Positions 1 to 9,598 are shown, counted from the stretch's first letter. The stretch: 38,238 nucleotides of DNA from Candidatus Velthaea sp. (GCA_050012475.1 JBEKHC010000044.1:1-38238); one strand, 5' to 3'. A program made the numbers and translations. The notes: generated by a model from the letters alone, not told the origin.

Positions 1-702
1 GCGGTGATTGCCCAAGCCGGTCAGATAGTCGGTCAGCGCGGCCTCTTTGAGGTGGTCCATCTCGTTGCGAATCGTCGCATCGACTTGCTGTTTGTAATGC
101 CGCAGGACCATCAGGATGATGCTCAGCACGATGATCGCGATGAGGGACACGACGATCGTGAGCACGATGACGAAATCTTCGGTAGCGCGCAGCGTGCCGC
201 GCGCGGTGCGCGCCATTTTCGTCAAACGCTGCGCTTCATCGTTGACCGTCGTCTGGATCGCGACGAAAACCGGATCGACGATCAGGTGATCGATGGCGCG
301 CGCACGGACGGTGCCGCGGCGGTCGACGGCCGCAAACAGGATGTGGGTTGCCGTCAAGTAGTGGCTGTGCGCGATGAGCAACCGGTCCACGATCGCACTG
401 GTGCCCGGATCGGACAAGGCCCGCACCGCGACGAGGTCGTCGACGAGCCGGCGCGCCGCCTCCGCATGCATCCGCAGCGTTTCCGCCGTTCGCTCGAGCT
501 GATAGCTGCGATGGAGCGACTGCTCGGCGCCGACCTCGAAGCGCGCCGCCGAAAACAAGTCACTGCGTTGCGCGGCTTCCGCTTCGACGCGCGCGGCGTC
601 TTTCGTTACGAAAGCGGCGCCGATTGCGAAGGCCAGAAAGCCGATCACCAGCGCGACAAGGCCGGCATATGCCGCCCGGCTCACGATGTGCGCGCGTTCC
701 AC
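1..702 (-). CDS. Membrane-anchored GGDEF-family diguanylate cyclase, N-terminal part (truncated by window edge)
   Basis: Not in ORF track; translated by hand. GTG at 702 follows a GGGGAGGAG RBS. The frame is open to base 1, with two TM helices around a helical sensor region, and ends ...HLKEAALTDYLTGLGNHR, the DxLTGLxNR motif preceding GGDEF domains. Confidence 0.8.
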   Translation of the reverse strand, partial: MERAHIVSRAAYAGLVALVIGFLAFAIGAAFVTKDAARVEAEAAQRSDLFSAARFEVGAEQSLHRSYQLERTAETLRMHAEAARRLVDDLVAVRALSDPGTSAIVDRLLIAHSHYLTATHILFAAVDRRGTVRARAIDHLIVDPVFVAIQTTVNDEAQRLTKMARTARGTLRATEDFVIVLTIVVSLIAIIVLSIILMVLRHYKQQVDATIRNEMDHLKEAALTDYLTGLGNHR

Positions 703-764
703 GCCTTGCTGCTCCTCCCCGGCTGATGCTGCTCTCACGAGCACGACGATCCGTATCTTGCTTT

Positions 765-793
765 CTATCGGCAGCTAGGCAAGCGTGCTTGAG
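765..793 (-). promoter_or_regulatory. Putative sigma28 (FliA/WhiG-type) promoter of the diguanylate cyclase
   Basis: Minus strand reads CTCAAG-N15-GCCGATAG, about 60 nt upstream of the start codon. Confidence 0.65.
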
Positions 794-799
794 GCGGCG

Positions 800-1126
800 C
801 TATTTCTTGGTAAACGCGGTCACTTTGCCGTCGGTGAGGGTGACGGCGATGTCGTCGTTCGGCTTGACTTTGTCGGCGAAGGTGACGGTCTTGCGGGCTG
901 CGGCGAGGAACACTTTGAGCGTTCCCTGCATGGTGACTTCCATATGCTGGTCGTTGACCACGCGGTCGACGTGTGCGGGATAGGTGCCGTCGGGGATCAG
1001 ACTCGGATCGATCGAATCGTCGGCCCGCGCCGGCGAAAGCGACAGCAGCACGCACAGCGATAGCGCCACCGGCGCGATCGAGATCGCTCCGAAGTGGTTC
1101 AGTCGCGTGCTTGCGTTGCTTTGCAT
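800..1126 (-). CDS. Small secreted hypothetical protein
   Basis: Signal-peptide-like stretch ending ARA-DD, followed by a beta-rich mature part. ATG 1126 preferred to the track's 1201; start uncertain. Confidence 0.6.
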   Translation of the reverse strand: MQSNASTRLNHFGAISIAPVALSLCVLLSLSPARADDSIDPSLIPDGTYPAHVDRVVNDQHMEVTMQGTLKVFLAAARKTVTFADKVKPNDDIAVTLTDGKVTAFTKK

Positions 1127-1337
1127 CGGCAAACCGTTACGCCAACGCCCGCGCAAACGGTCGTGGGCCGGTGATGCCGACCGGCGGTTTGACGATGGCA
1201 CTCATAAACGACTGCGCTTGGGCGAGTCGCAATGCCGACGAACACGTCGCTCCATACAACGGTTTTTCGGCCGATAGGCTGCGAGTCTCCAGCGAAAACG
1301 CGAAATTCGACGTTCCCCCGCGATGCGGCCGTGCGCG

Positions 1338-1366
1338 CTCAAGCCTGCACGGTTCACTGCCGATTG
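1338..1366 (+). promoter_or_regulatory. Putative sigma28-type promoter upstream of the TonB-dependent receptor
   Basis: CTCAAG-N15-GCCGATTG, same architecture as the site at 765-793. Confidence 0.55.
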
Positions 1367-1501
1367 GTGAAGTAAGACTCTTGGCCGATTCGCATCATCG
1401 CGCTTGGGGGGCGACACTTGCATCGTCGCTCGCCGGCGGGATGCGCGGGTCGCGTATCGTCGGTATCCGAGGTACTCGATGTTCCAGCGTGCCCAGGCAG
1501 T

Positions 1502-4246
1502 ATGGGAAACTCTCTGACGCTCACCCGTTCGCCACTGACCATTGCGACGCTTGCGCTCGTTCTCGCGCTGGGCGGTACGTCGGCGCTTGCCGTGGCGCAA
1601 ACGACCGGCGCGACCTTGACCTCGAATGCCGTGACGCTGAGCGGCCGAATTACCGACGCGCGCAACCTTCCCATCGCGGGCGCAGTGATCACTGCTCGCG
1701 GTGCGACCATCGGTTGGACCGCGACGCGCCTCGACGGCTCGTACGTGATGAGCGTCGCGGCGGGTTCGTATGATATTCTCGTGCGTAAAGCCGGCTATTC
1801 GCCCGGAGCGACCGCGGTCGTGCTCGGCAACGGGACGTCGAAAGTCGTCTCGCTTTCGCTCGCCGACGCCAACTTGAGTTCGGTGGACGCCAGCAGCGTC
1901 AAAGGCGCCGGGGCTCCTTTTAATATCGGTGTTGCGGCGACGGCGACGTTGTCGGACGTCGCGATCTCCGAACGGCCATCGCTGTCGCTGCGCGAATTGG
2001 CGCTCGAGCTTCCGGGCGTGACGCTCGCCCATCCCGACGACAACGTCCCCGACACGAGCTTTGTCGTGCGCGGTGGAACGGTCGAGACGCGTGTCATGAT
2101 CGACGGGCATCCCGTCAGCGCCGGTGCGACGGGCCGCTGGAACAGTTCCTACGCCTCGCTGCCGTTGCTCGACAGCGTCGAGGTCGTGAAAGGACCGTCG
2201 CTGGGCGGCGCAAACGCCGGTGAGTCGGCGTTCGGCACGATCAATCTCCGGACGCGCGACTTCACGCAGGGCCACCAAGAAGATGCCGTCTTCGGCACGG
2301 ACAGCTTCGGCGGCAGTTATGCCAATTTTGCCCTCTCCGGCACGTTGTTTAGGGACGACCGCTTGAGCTATGTCTTCGAACACAATTTGTACGGTTACAA
2401 CGGCCCGCAAGCGAACCACGTAGCGAACAACGTCATCCCCGAAGCAAATGGGACCGCGCTGATCGCCGGCGAGACCCCGCTCGACTCGCCCCTGATGCTC
2501 GGCAGCGACTTGGCGAAGCTGCGCTGGCGCTTTAGCGGAGCCAGCTCGCTGACCGTCGGGTACGTCGGACTGCACAGCGACTACGACGCAACGGGCGGAG
2601 CGTACGCTACGTTCCTCGGCAATCGCATGATCGTTCCGTCCGCCCCCGCCGCATTCGGCGGCACGGTCGTGAGCCAGCCCGCGTTTGCCAACCTGGTCGG
2701 CAAAATCGTTCCGGCGTATACGCTCTCCGACAGCGCGAACGCTCAACTCAACCAACCGCTGTTCGAGGCTGAGTTTCGAACCGCGATCAAGGACGACACG
2801 TTCCTGCTCCGCCCGTATGCGGGCACGATCTTTCATGTCGTCGACGGTTCGGATTTCAGCAGCGGCGACCCGAGCACCGGCGGCAATTGGGTCACGGTCA
2901 CGACCGGCCCGAACTGCAGCGCGAGATATCCGTGTTTTGAACCGCAGTCGGGCAGCTCGCTCTTTCGCGATCAAGAGAACGATCGGCTCCGGGGCGCGAC
3001 CGCTACGCTCGTGCATCCGATGGGCGATGCGACCCTCAATCTGAGCTTCGACGAGCGTTGGGATCAAACGACGTTGGCGAGCGGAAATCCCAGCGTCAAG
3101 TACGACGGTTCGCCCTTGAGCATGACCGGTTACCAGGATTCGATTCCGCCGACGACCGCGCGCAACAACGATTTCTCGGCGGCGTATACCATGCCGCTGA
3201 CGAGCCGTTTGCGGCTGTTCGCCGGCGACTACGACACGAACTGGAATCTTGATTACGCGTCGATCACGCTGGTTCCGAATTTCACGGACCTGCGGGTCAA
3301 CGAGATCACGACGCTGGGGCAGCGGGACTACGCCCACAACGACCCGCAGGCCGGTTTGACGTGGCATCCCGAGAGCAATACCACCTATCGTTTCAGCGCC
3401 GGCTCGGCGATCACGGTGCCATACGCAGCGCTGGTGTCGGGGCAAGTCACGGCCAACAGCCTGTTCAGCGGCGGCCTCGTCGGCTTCCCGAACGCGGCGT
3501 TGCGCCCCGAAACCACGTTTGCCTACAATCTCGGAGCGGACCATCGCTTCAACGACGGTACCGTGCTCGCCGTCGACACCTTCGACAACACGATCCACGA
3601 CGTTTTTGCCACGCGCGTGACGCCGTTCAATGGCAGCGTGTGGGGCATTCCGGCCGGCTCGATCTACAACAGCATCTTTTCAACGATGAGCATGCCGGTC
3701 AACGCGCCGCTCGAACGTCACTACGGCCTCGAACTGTCACTCACGCGCGCACCCGCAACCGGTTTGGGCTATCGTCTGAACACGACGCTGCAGCGCGCAT
3801 TTCTCGACCAGCTTCCGGCATCGTTCCTGGTTTCGTCGAGCAACCTCGTCAATGGTAAACAGCTCGACGGCTCGACCTCGGTACCGTACACGCAGGCCTA
3901 CGGCGAGATCAACTACCGGCATCGCTCGGGTTTCGCGGCCTCGATCGGCGCGGACTACACCGGCACGAACAATTGGACCAACGGTCCGGCGTTCGTGGTC
4001 TGGTCGTCGATGTTGCGTTACGATATGCGAGGCGGTTACCGCGCTCAATTCTCGATCGAGAACATGTTCGACCAGCACACCGGCGACGAATATGCGACGG
4101 GGACGGCGGACGGCGGTTTCGCGAGTACCACCTACGGCTCGCCGACCCCGGGCAGCCTGCCCATTTTCGGTGCGACGCCGACGACACGCTTCGCGATCGC
4201 GCCGCGCACTTTCCGCGTTCAACTCGAAGCGCACCTCGGCCACTAA
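1502..4246 (+). CDS. TonB-dependent outer-membrane receptor with N-terminal carboxypeptidase-regulatory-like domain
   Basis: Signal peptide; 'LSGRITDARNLPIAGAVI...DGSY' domain; plug motifs 'VRGG...VMIDGHP' and 'SVEVVKGP...FGTINLRT'; barrel motifs 'LRPET' and 'IENMFD'. Start taken at ATG 1502. Confidence 0.9.
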   Translation: MGNSLTLTRSPLTIATLALVLALGGTSALAVAQTTGATLTSNAVTLSGRITDARNLPIAGAVITARGATIGWTATRLDGSYVMSVAAGSYDILVRKAGYSPGATAVVLGNGTSKVVSLSLADANLSSVDASSVKGAGAPFNIGVAATATLSDVAISERPSLSLRELALELPGVTLAHPDDNVPDTSFVVRGGTVETRVMIDGHPVSAGATGRWNSSYASLPLLDSVEVVKGPSLGGANAGESAFGTINLRTRDFTQGHQEDAVFGTDSFGGSYANFALSGTLFRDDRLSYVFEHNLYGYNGPQANHVANNVIPEANGTALIAGETPLDSPLMLGSDLAKLRWRFSGASSLTVGYVGLHSDYDATGGAYATFLGNRMIVPSAPAAFGGTVVSQPAFANLVGKIVPAYTLSDSANAQLNQPLFEAEFRTAIKDDTFLLRPYAGTIFHVVDGSDFSSGDPSTGGNWVTVTTGPNCSARYPCFEPQSGSSLFRDQENDRLRGATATLVHPMGDATLNLSFDERWDQTTLASGNPSVKYDGSPLSMTGYQDSIPPTTARNNDFSAAYTMPLTSRLRLFAGDYDTNWNLDYASITLVPNFTDLRVNEITTLGQRDYAHNDPQAGLTWHPESNTTYRFSAGSAITVPYAALVSGQVTANSLFSGGLVGFPNAALRPETTFAYNLGADHRFNDGTVLAVDTFDNTIHDVFATRVTPFNGSVWGIPAGSIYNSIFSTMSMPVNAPLERHYGLELSLTRAPATGLGYRLNTTLQRAFLDQLPASFLVSSSNLVNGKQLDGSTSVPYTQAYGEINYRHRSGFAASIGADYTGTNNWTNGPAFVVWSSMLRYDMRGGYRAQFSIENMFDQHTGDEYATGTADGGFASTTYGSPTPGSLPIFGATPTTRFAIAPRTFRVQLEAHLGH

Positions 4247-4267
4247 CCCCAGCGCCCAACGCCACGA

Positions 4268-4328
4268 CAGCTTACGGCGCAGCCGCAAACGCCATGGATT
4301 CGCGGCGCGTTCAGCGCCGCGAATCCTG
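4268..4328 (-). repeat. Dispersed REP-like two-hairpin repeat, copy 1
   Basis: Reverse complement CAGGATTCGCGGCGC-TGAAC-GCGCCGCGAATCC-ATGGCGT-TTGCGGC-TGC-GCCGTAA-GCTG, near-identical to the copies at 18430 and 37365. Confidence 0.9.
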
Positions 4329-4667
4329 CTAGGCGAAGGCCGACAAGAGTTGGTGTGCGCGGGCCGCAAACGCTGCCGGATCATCCATGATCGTAATCGG
4401 GGTCGGTTCGCCGTCGAGGTGTTCTTCGATCGAGTGGTACGGTGTTGAGCGAACGCTCAGGATGCCCTGATCGTCGTTCAACCAGCGCAGAAGCACGCCG
4501 CGTCCGCGAACGGTTCCGGCCATCTCGAGAATCGTTTTGCCGTCATCGAGCATGTCGAAACGGAGCGTCGATTCTCCGGCATCGGGCTTGAGCGCAATCC
4601 AGAAATTGCGAGTCCAGCGTCTATATTCCACAGCGGTCCCTTTATTGGAGAAGAAAGTTTGGGGCAA
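4329..4667 (-). CDS. Hypothetical protein
   Basis: 112-aa ORF with protein-like composition, convergent with the TonB gene. TTG start; no recognised motif. Confidence 0.55.
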   Translation of the reverse strand: MPQTFFSNKGTAVEYRRWTRNFWIALKPDAGESTLRFDMLDDGKTILEMAGTVRGRGVLLRWLNDDQGILSVRSTPYHSIEEHLDGEPTPITIMDDPAAFAARAHQLLSAFA

Positions 4668-4971
4668 CGTCGTTGGCGCATCGGTTGGTACGTGTTACCG
4701 CTCGTGTTGTTCTGCCGAACGTGCGACGCGTGTGATCGTTAACAAATGAATAAGGTGATGAAGACTGAGAACGCGTGAGCGCAGCCGTCCGTACAGTAAA
4801 CGGCGGCTTTCGCATTTCCGCAATTGCAGCTTTTCAAACCCGCTTACAGCAAAGTTCCAGCGATCGCGCGTTAGCGTGCAACAAAAGTCGGTTTTGCGAG
4901 CAGTCGCGTCAAACGCCGCTGCGATCGTTGCGGACCGGGCCGAAAAAGAGTGTTACATCGCTGCCCGGCAA

Positions 4972-5021
4972 CGAAAGCGTCGCTTTCTCGGACTTACCGA
5001 AAGCGTCTCTTTCTCGGACTT
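4972..5021. repeat. Tandem 24-bp direct repeat with internal palindrome
   Basis: CGAAAGCGTCGCTTTCTCGGACTT (4972-4995) and CGAAAGCGTCTCTTTCTCGGACTT (4998-5021). Confidence 0.75.
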
Positions 5022-5075
5022 TGAGGACGCCGAGCGCATAGCCTAAAGCTCGACGCACCCCGCCGTTACCGGCGA

Positions 5076-5926
5076 TTGCGAACGGTCGGGCCCGCTCCGG
5101 CGGGACGAGCGTTGCCGATCCTCGCATCGTGCCGTGGCACTGGCGGCGGTTCGGTTCCGTCGATGCCGCGAGCCGCGCCGGCAAGCGCGGCCGGCCGGCA
5201 GCCGCGGCGGTGTAATCTGCGCCGAGCACGGAGCCGACGCGGCTTTGCCGGGCGCACGACGTTTCGAGGACGTGGGAACTGCTGTACGTCGGAAACACGG
5301 GCGACGACTCGATCACCGTGTATCGGCATGACGCCGGCGGAAATACGACTTCGCTCAACGTCATCGCCGGATTGAAAACCGGGGTCGGCAATCCGGGCCG
5401 GCTGTCCGAGACGCGAACGGAAATCCGGACGTCGCGGCGATATGTCGTCGCCCGGACACCGTTGCGCCGCTGCGCAAACGCGCGCGCCCGGCGAGCGGAC
5501 TGCGCAGCGTCGACGCCGGCCGTCGATCGAACGACGGAGAAGATCTTCTGCCGGCGCCCTTCGCCGTGACGCCGCAAAGCTCGTCGTGGCCGTATCCGCC
5601 GGCATCCGCGTCGACCGGCAAGGGGCCCGTTTCGGCCCGCGCGGCGACATCTCCGAACGCCTCCGGCTTCGGTGTGGACACCCTTACGAGCAATTCGTGA
5701 ACGGGGCGGCCCTTGGCCGTCGCCAGCGACCCGGCGACGAAGACCCGCTTCGTCTCGAACAGTGGATAGCAGATCAGTTCGACCCGGCGCCGGTTGCCTG
5801 CACGACCTGCGGCAACGCCGTCGAGTCGACGCGCACGGCGCGGCGGGCAATGCCGCTCCGCTGCGCATCTTGAGCGGTCCGGCAACCAAACTCGATGCGC
5901 CCTTCGGTTTCTACGAAGATCAATGA
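5076..5926 (+). pseudogene. Frameshifted NHL/beta-propeller repeat lipoprotein remnant
   Basis: Fragments in different frames: lipobox 'ILASC', 'LLYVGNTGDDSITVYRHDAGGNTTSLNVIAGLKTGVGNPG', 'DANGN', 'AVDRTTEKIF', 'HGAAGNAAPLRILSGPATKLDAPFG'. No single ORF joins them. Confidence 0.7.
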
Positions 5927-5969
5927 AGGCAGCGAAACGTATGGAACCTGCGCCGGGTTCTAGCACGAG

Positions 5970-6785
5970 GTGCCTGAACTTCCGGAAGTCGAGACGATCG
6001 CCCGCGGCCTGGCGAATGCCATTGTCGGGAAAACGATTGCTGCAGTTTCCGTTTCGATGGCCAAGATCGCCATCGCTCCGGCGGGCCGAGACTTCGCGCC
6101 GGAGTTGCCCGGTGAGATCGTCGCCGGAGTCGCCCGCCGAGCCAAATTCATCGTGATCGCGCTGGCGTCGGGCCGGCGGCTGACCGTGCATCTTCGGATG
6201 ACGGGTCGACTAATATATCAACCCGCCGGTTCGCGGCAGCCATACCCCTACACGCACATTTCGATCGATTTTACCGATGATAGTCGAGTGATGTTTGCCG
6301 ATGTCCGGCAATTCGGTCGAATGCGGCTGCTGGAACGGGACGAGGTTTGGGATGCCGACGGCGGGATCGAGCCGCTTTCGGAGGGCTTTACCTGCGAACT
6401 CTTTCTGAGTATGCTGGACGGGCGTCGCACGCCGATCAAGGCTTTCCTACTGGATCAGAGCAGGATCTCCGGGGTCGGTAACATCTACGCGTGCGAGGCA
6501 TTGTGGGAGGCGGGGATTCGTCCCGGTCGCCCGGCTCACAAGGTCTCGAAACCGGCGCGGCGCCGGCTGCACAGCGCGATCCGAGGTGTTTTGGCCCGCT
6601 CCATCGAGGCGCGCGGCACGAGCGTCGATGATTACGTCGATGCCGAGGGACTGAAAGGCGGATTTCAAAACCAGTTGTCCGTCTATGGTCGCCTCGGCGA
6701 ACCTTGCCCGCGATGCGGGAAGCCAATCGTCAGAACGGTGATTTCCCAACGCGGAACCTGGTGGTGCCGCGCCTGTCAGAAATAA
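5970..6785 (+). CDS. mutM: Formamidopyrimidine-DNA glycosylase
   Basis: N-terminal MPELPEVET, HLRMTG, 'GVGNIYACEAL' H2TH motif, C-terminal zinc finger CPRC...CRAC. Confidence 0.97.
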   Translation: MPELPEVETIARGLANAIVGKTIAAVSVSMAKIAIAPAGRDFAPELPGEIVAGVARRAKFIVIALASGRRLTVHLRMTGRLIYQPAGSRQPYPYTHISIDFTDDSRVMFADVRQFGRMRLLERDEVWDADGGIEPLSEGFTCELFLSMLDGRRTPIKAFLLDQSRISGVGNIYACEALWEAGIRPGRPAHKVSKPARRRLHSAIRGVLARSIEARGTSVDDYVDAEGLKGGFQNQLSVYGRLGEPCPRCGKPIVRTVISQRGTWWCRACQK

Positions 6786-6789
6786 CGGG

Positions 6790-6985
6790 TGGACTCGCAA
6801 GAGTCCCGAACTACAATGGACTTGGGCTACTTTTGGTCGTTTCGGACCCCCTCGGAGAACGTCTCCAAGCCGAACCGACGTCGGGCCCGCAAAGTTCGGG
6901 GGCCTTGCACCCTTACCGGTGCAAGGGGCACGGCAACGCCACCGCGTGTGACGTCGCCTCCGCCGCAATATGAGGATAATTTCTA
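6790..6985 (+). promoter_or_regulatory. Putative sigma70 promoter and structured rpsA leader
   Basis: TGGACT-N16-TACAAT (6790-6817), then a ~160-nt leader containing a 9-bp hairpin CCTTGCACC/GGTGCAAGG (6903-6926) and SD GAGGA at 6972-6976. Confidence 0.45.
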
Positions 6986-8161
6986 ATTACTAGCACTATC
7001 GCAACGCCGGCAGTCGAACCCGAAGAAGACCAACTCGCTCTCGAGCAGCGCCTGTACGAAGAGAGCCTGAAAGTTCTCGACGAAGGCCAGGTGCTCACCG
7101 GCGTCATCGTCGCGAAGTACCAAGACGAATTGCTCGTCGACATCGGCGGCAAATCCGAGGGTACCCTGCCTTTCCGCGAGCTCAGCTTGGCGATCGAGCC
7201 CAAAGAGCTCAAAGTCGGCGACACCCTCGAAGTCATGATCCACCGGATCGACGACCAAGACGGCTCGCTCTTCTTGAGCGAACGCCGTGCCCGGGCGCTC
7301 AAGACGTGGGAAAAAGTCATCGCGGCCCACGATAACGATGAAGTGATCGAAGCAACGGTCACCCAGGTCGTCAAGGGCGGCGTTCTCGTCGACCTCGGCA
7401 TGCGCGGCTTCGTTCCCGCCTCGCAGATCCGGCGCCAGCCGGTCGGCAACCTCGATGAGCTCGTCGGCAAGCGGCTTCGGCTCAAAGTCATCGATCTCGA
7501 TCACAAGCGTCACCGGGTCGTGCTTTCGCAGCGCCAGGTTCTCGAAGAAGAACTCAACGCCAAGAAGCAGGAGCTGCTGGGAACGCTGACCGTCGGGCAG
7601 ATTCGGGAAGGGGTCGTCGTCCGGCTCGCGGAGTTCGGCGCGTTTGTCGATCTTGGCGGCATCGACGGCCTCATCCACAACAGCGAACTGTCGTACGCAC
7701 GGATCAAGCACCCTTCCGAAGTGGTGAAGATCGGCGATACGGTTTCGGTCGAAGTCATGAAGTTCGATCCCGAAGCCAAGAAAGTCTCGCTGTCGCTCAA
7801 GCACGCGTTGCCCGATCCTTGGAGTGAGCACGTCGACAAGTTGTTCGAGGGCAACAAGCTCGTCGCGCAAGTCGTCAAGGTCACGCCGAACTATCTGCTC
7901 GTCGAGATCGTGCCCGGCGTCCTGGCCATGGTCCCCAAGGGCGAGTTCGATCCGGCCAAGCAGTATTCGCCGGGCGAAGAAGTCGATGTCACGCTGCTCA
8001 CCATCAACGGGGCGACGCGGCGGATCACCGGCTCGATCCAGCACGTTGCCGACATCCCGCTCGATACGACCGAGTTCCCCGATTACGCTCCGGAAGCCGA
8101 CGGCTATCCGGGCGGCGGATTGGGAACGCTCGGCCAGGAACTCGCGGCGCAGCAGATCTAG
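6986..8161 (+). CDS. rpsA: 30S ribosomal protein S1 (short form), probable ATT start
   Basis: Tandem S1 domains (LVDIGGKSEG, GFVPASQI, FGAFVDLGGIDGLIHNSELS). The frame continues upstream of GTG 7091 to an in-frame TAA at 6977; ATT 6986 lies 9 nt after GAGGA. Identity is confident, the start less so. Confidence 0.9.
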   Translation: MTSTIATPAVEPEEDQLALEQRLYEESLKVLDEGQVLTGVIVAKYQDELLVDIGGKSEGTLPFRELSLAIEPKELKVGDTLEVMIHRIDDQDGSLFLSERRARALKTWEKVIAAHDNDEVIEATVTQVVKGGVLVDLGMRGFVPASQIRRQPVGNLDELVGKRLRLKVIDLDHKRHRVVLSQRQVLEEELNAKKQELLGTLTVGQIREGVVVRLAEFGAFVDLGGIDGLIHNSELSYARIKHPSEVVKIGDTVSVEVMKFDPEAKKVSLSLKHALPDPWSEHVDKLFEGNKLVAQVVKVTPNYLLVEIVPGVLAMVPKGEFDPAKQYSPGEEVDVTLLTINGATRRITGSIQHVADIPLDTTEFPDYAPEADGYPGGGLGTLGQELAAQQI

Positions 8162-8168
8162 GGGGAGC

Positions 8169-8759
8169 ATGCGGGTCGGCTTGACCGGCGGCATCGGTTC
8201 GGGAAAGAGCGCGGTTGCGCGACTCTTTTCCGACTGGGGCGCCGTCGTGATCGATGCCGACGTGCTCGCGCACGACGTGGTCGCGGGCGGTACGCCGGGT
8301 CTCGCCGAAATCGGCCGGATTTGGCCCCAGGTCATCGGTTCGCAAGGGTCGCTCGATCGAGCGGCCCTTTCGCGTATCGTCTTCGGCGATGCGGCCGCGC
8401 GCGAGCAGCTCAACGGCATCATTCATCCGCGCGTGCGGGCAGGCGCCGCCGCGCTCGAAGCAGCGGCAGCGCCCGGCTCGATCGTCGTCCACGTCGTGCC
8501 ACTGCTCTTCGAGGGCGATTACTGGAAGACGTGCGATGCGAACGTGCTCGTCGTCGCTCCGGCTGCGGTGCGGGTCGCGCGCGTCGTCGCCCGGGACGGC
8601 TGGAGCGTGGCCGACATTCAAGCGCGCATGGCGGCCCAGATCGATCCCGCGCGCGCTGCCGGGATGGCCGACTTCGTGATCGACAACGACGGCGACCTCG
8701 CCACCCTCGAGCAGCGCGCCCGCCGGGTGTATGCTGCGCTCGAGCGGCCTGCGGCATGA
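8169..8759 (+). CDS. coaE: Dephospho-CoA kinase
   Basis: MRVGLTGGIGSGKS P-loop, IDAD, LNGIIHPRV, VPLLFE; GGGGAG RBS. Confidence 0.96.
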   Translation: MRVGLTGGIGSGKSAVARLFSDWGAVVIDADVLAHDVVAGGTPGLAEIGRIWPQVIGSQGSLDRAALSRIVFGDAAAREQLNGIIHPRVRAGAAALEAAAAPGSIVVHVVPLLFEGDYWKTCDANVLVVAPAAVRVARVVARDGWSVADIQARMAAQIDPARAAGMADFVIDNDGDLATLEQRARRVYAALERPAA

Positions 8760-9598
8760 TCGCGGCAGCGAACATTCGCGCGTTGCGCGCTGCCGACATC
8801 CGGCCGTTGGGTGCCGTTCTCGCGCGAGCGTACGCGTCGCCGCATAATTTCGAGCTTCCGCTCGAAGGGTATCTGCAGCGCCGCGCCGCGGTGACCTTCG
8901 TCGCCGATTTCGGCGGGCGTCCGGCCGGGATCGTGATCGGCAACGATTACGGGGCGACGGCCTACGTTTCGATGATGGGCGTCGATCCGGCGCTCCAGCG
9001 GCACGGAATCGGGCGCGCGCTCATGAGCGGTTTGCTGGCCTGGGCGCGGGAGCGCCGGTTTGCCGCCGTGGAACTCGACGCGACGCCGAAGGGCGCGGCG
9101 CTGTACGCCGGTTTCGGATTTGTCGAGGCGGGGGCGACCTTGGTGTACGGTGCCGCCGGCCGCGGCGGAAAGTGCCGCGGGGTGCGGCGCTGCGGCGCCG
9201 CCGATCGAGCCGCGCTGCTGGCCGCCGACCGGCGCGCGTTCGGAGCCGAGCGCGGCGACGTGCTCGGTCCGCTGCTTGAATCACCCTTCAACGCCGTCTT
9301 CGTTTGCGGTGCTCGTGGCGCGGTGGACGGCTATGCCGTCGCCCAACCGCGCTCCGAACTGCTGGGTCCGGTGGTCGCGCCCGATGCCGAGGCCGCTGCG
9401 CGGCTGATCGACGCCGCGCGCGCGCATCTCCCGGCCGGCCATCGCCTCAACGTTCCGTCCACCAACCGCGCCGCGCAGGCGCTGTTGGCGGCGCGCGGGT
9501 ATGGCTTCTCGCGGTCGCTCGCGCACATGCTGCTCGGCACCCCTCCGCGGGCGGCGCGCGAGCGGATCTTCGCGCGCGTGAACCTCGGTCACGGCTGA
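8756..9598 (+). CDS. GNAT-family N-acetyltransferase (two-domain)
   Basis: 'VDPALQRHGIGRALM' acetyl-CoA motif, 'LDATPKGAALYAGFGF', C-terminal 'LGPVVA'. ATGA overlap with coaE. Confidence 0.88.
   Translation: MIAAANIRALRAADIRPLGAVLARAYASPHNFELPLEGYLQRRAAVTFVADFGGRPAGIVIGNDYGATAYVSMMGVDPALQRHGIGRALMSGLLAWARERRFAAVELDATPKGAALYAGFGFVEAGATLVYGAAGRGGKCRGVRRCGAADRAALLAADRRAFGAERGDVLGPLLESPFNAVFVCGARGAVDGYAVAQPRSELLGPVVAPDAEAAARLIDAARAHLPAGHRLNVPSTNRAAQALLAARGYGFSRSLAHMLLGTPPRAARERIFARVNLGHG

Noticed and set aside
4..726. 240-aa plus-strand ORF
   Set aside because: Antisense shadow of the minus-strand diguanylate cyclase, which has an RBS, TM helices and the DxLTGL motif.
1200..1501. Possible cobalamin or TPP riboswitch upstream of the TonB receptor
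   Set aside because: No B12-box or TPP core motifs could be found by eye; an Infernal scan would be decisive.
6860..6930. GGGCCCGCAAAG resembling a c-di-GMP-I riboswitch core
   Set aside because: The upstream GGCAAAC/GNRA P2 element is missing, and the rpsA context favours a ribosomal-protein leader.
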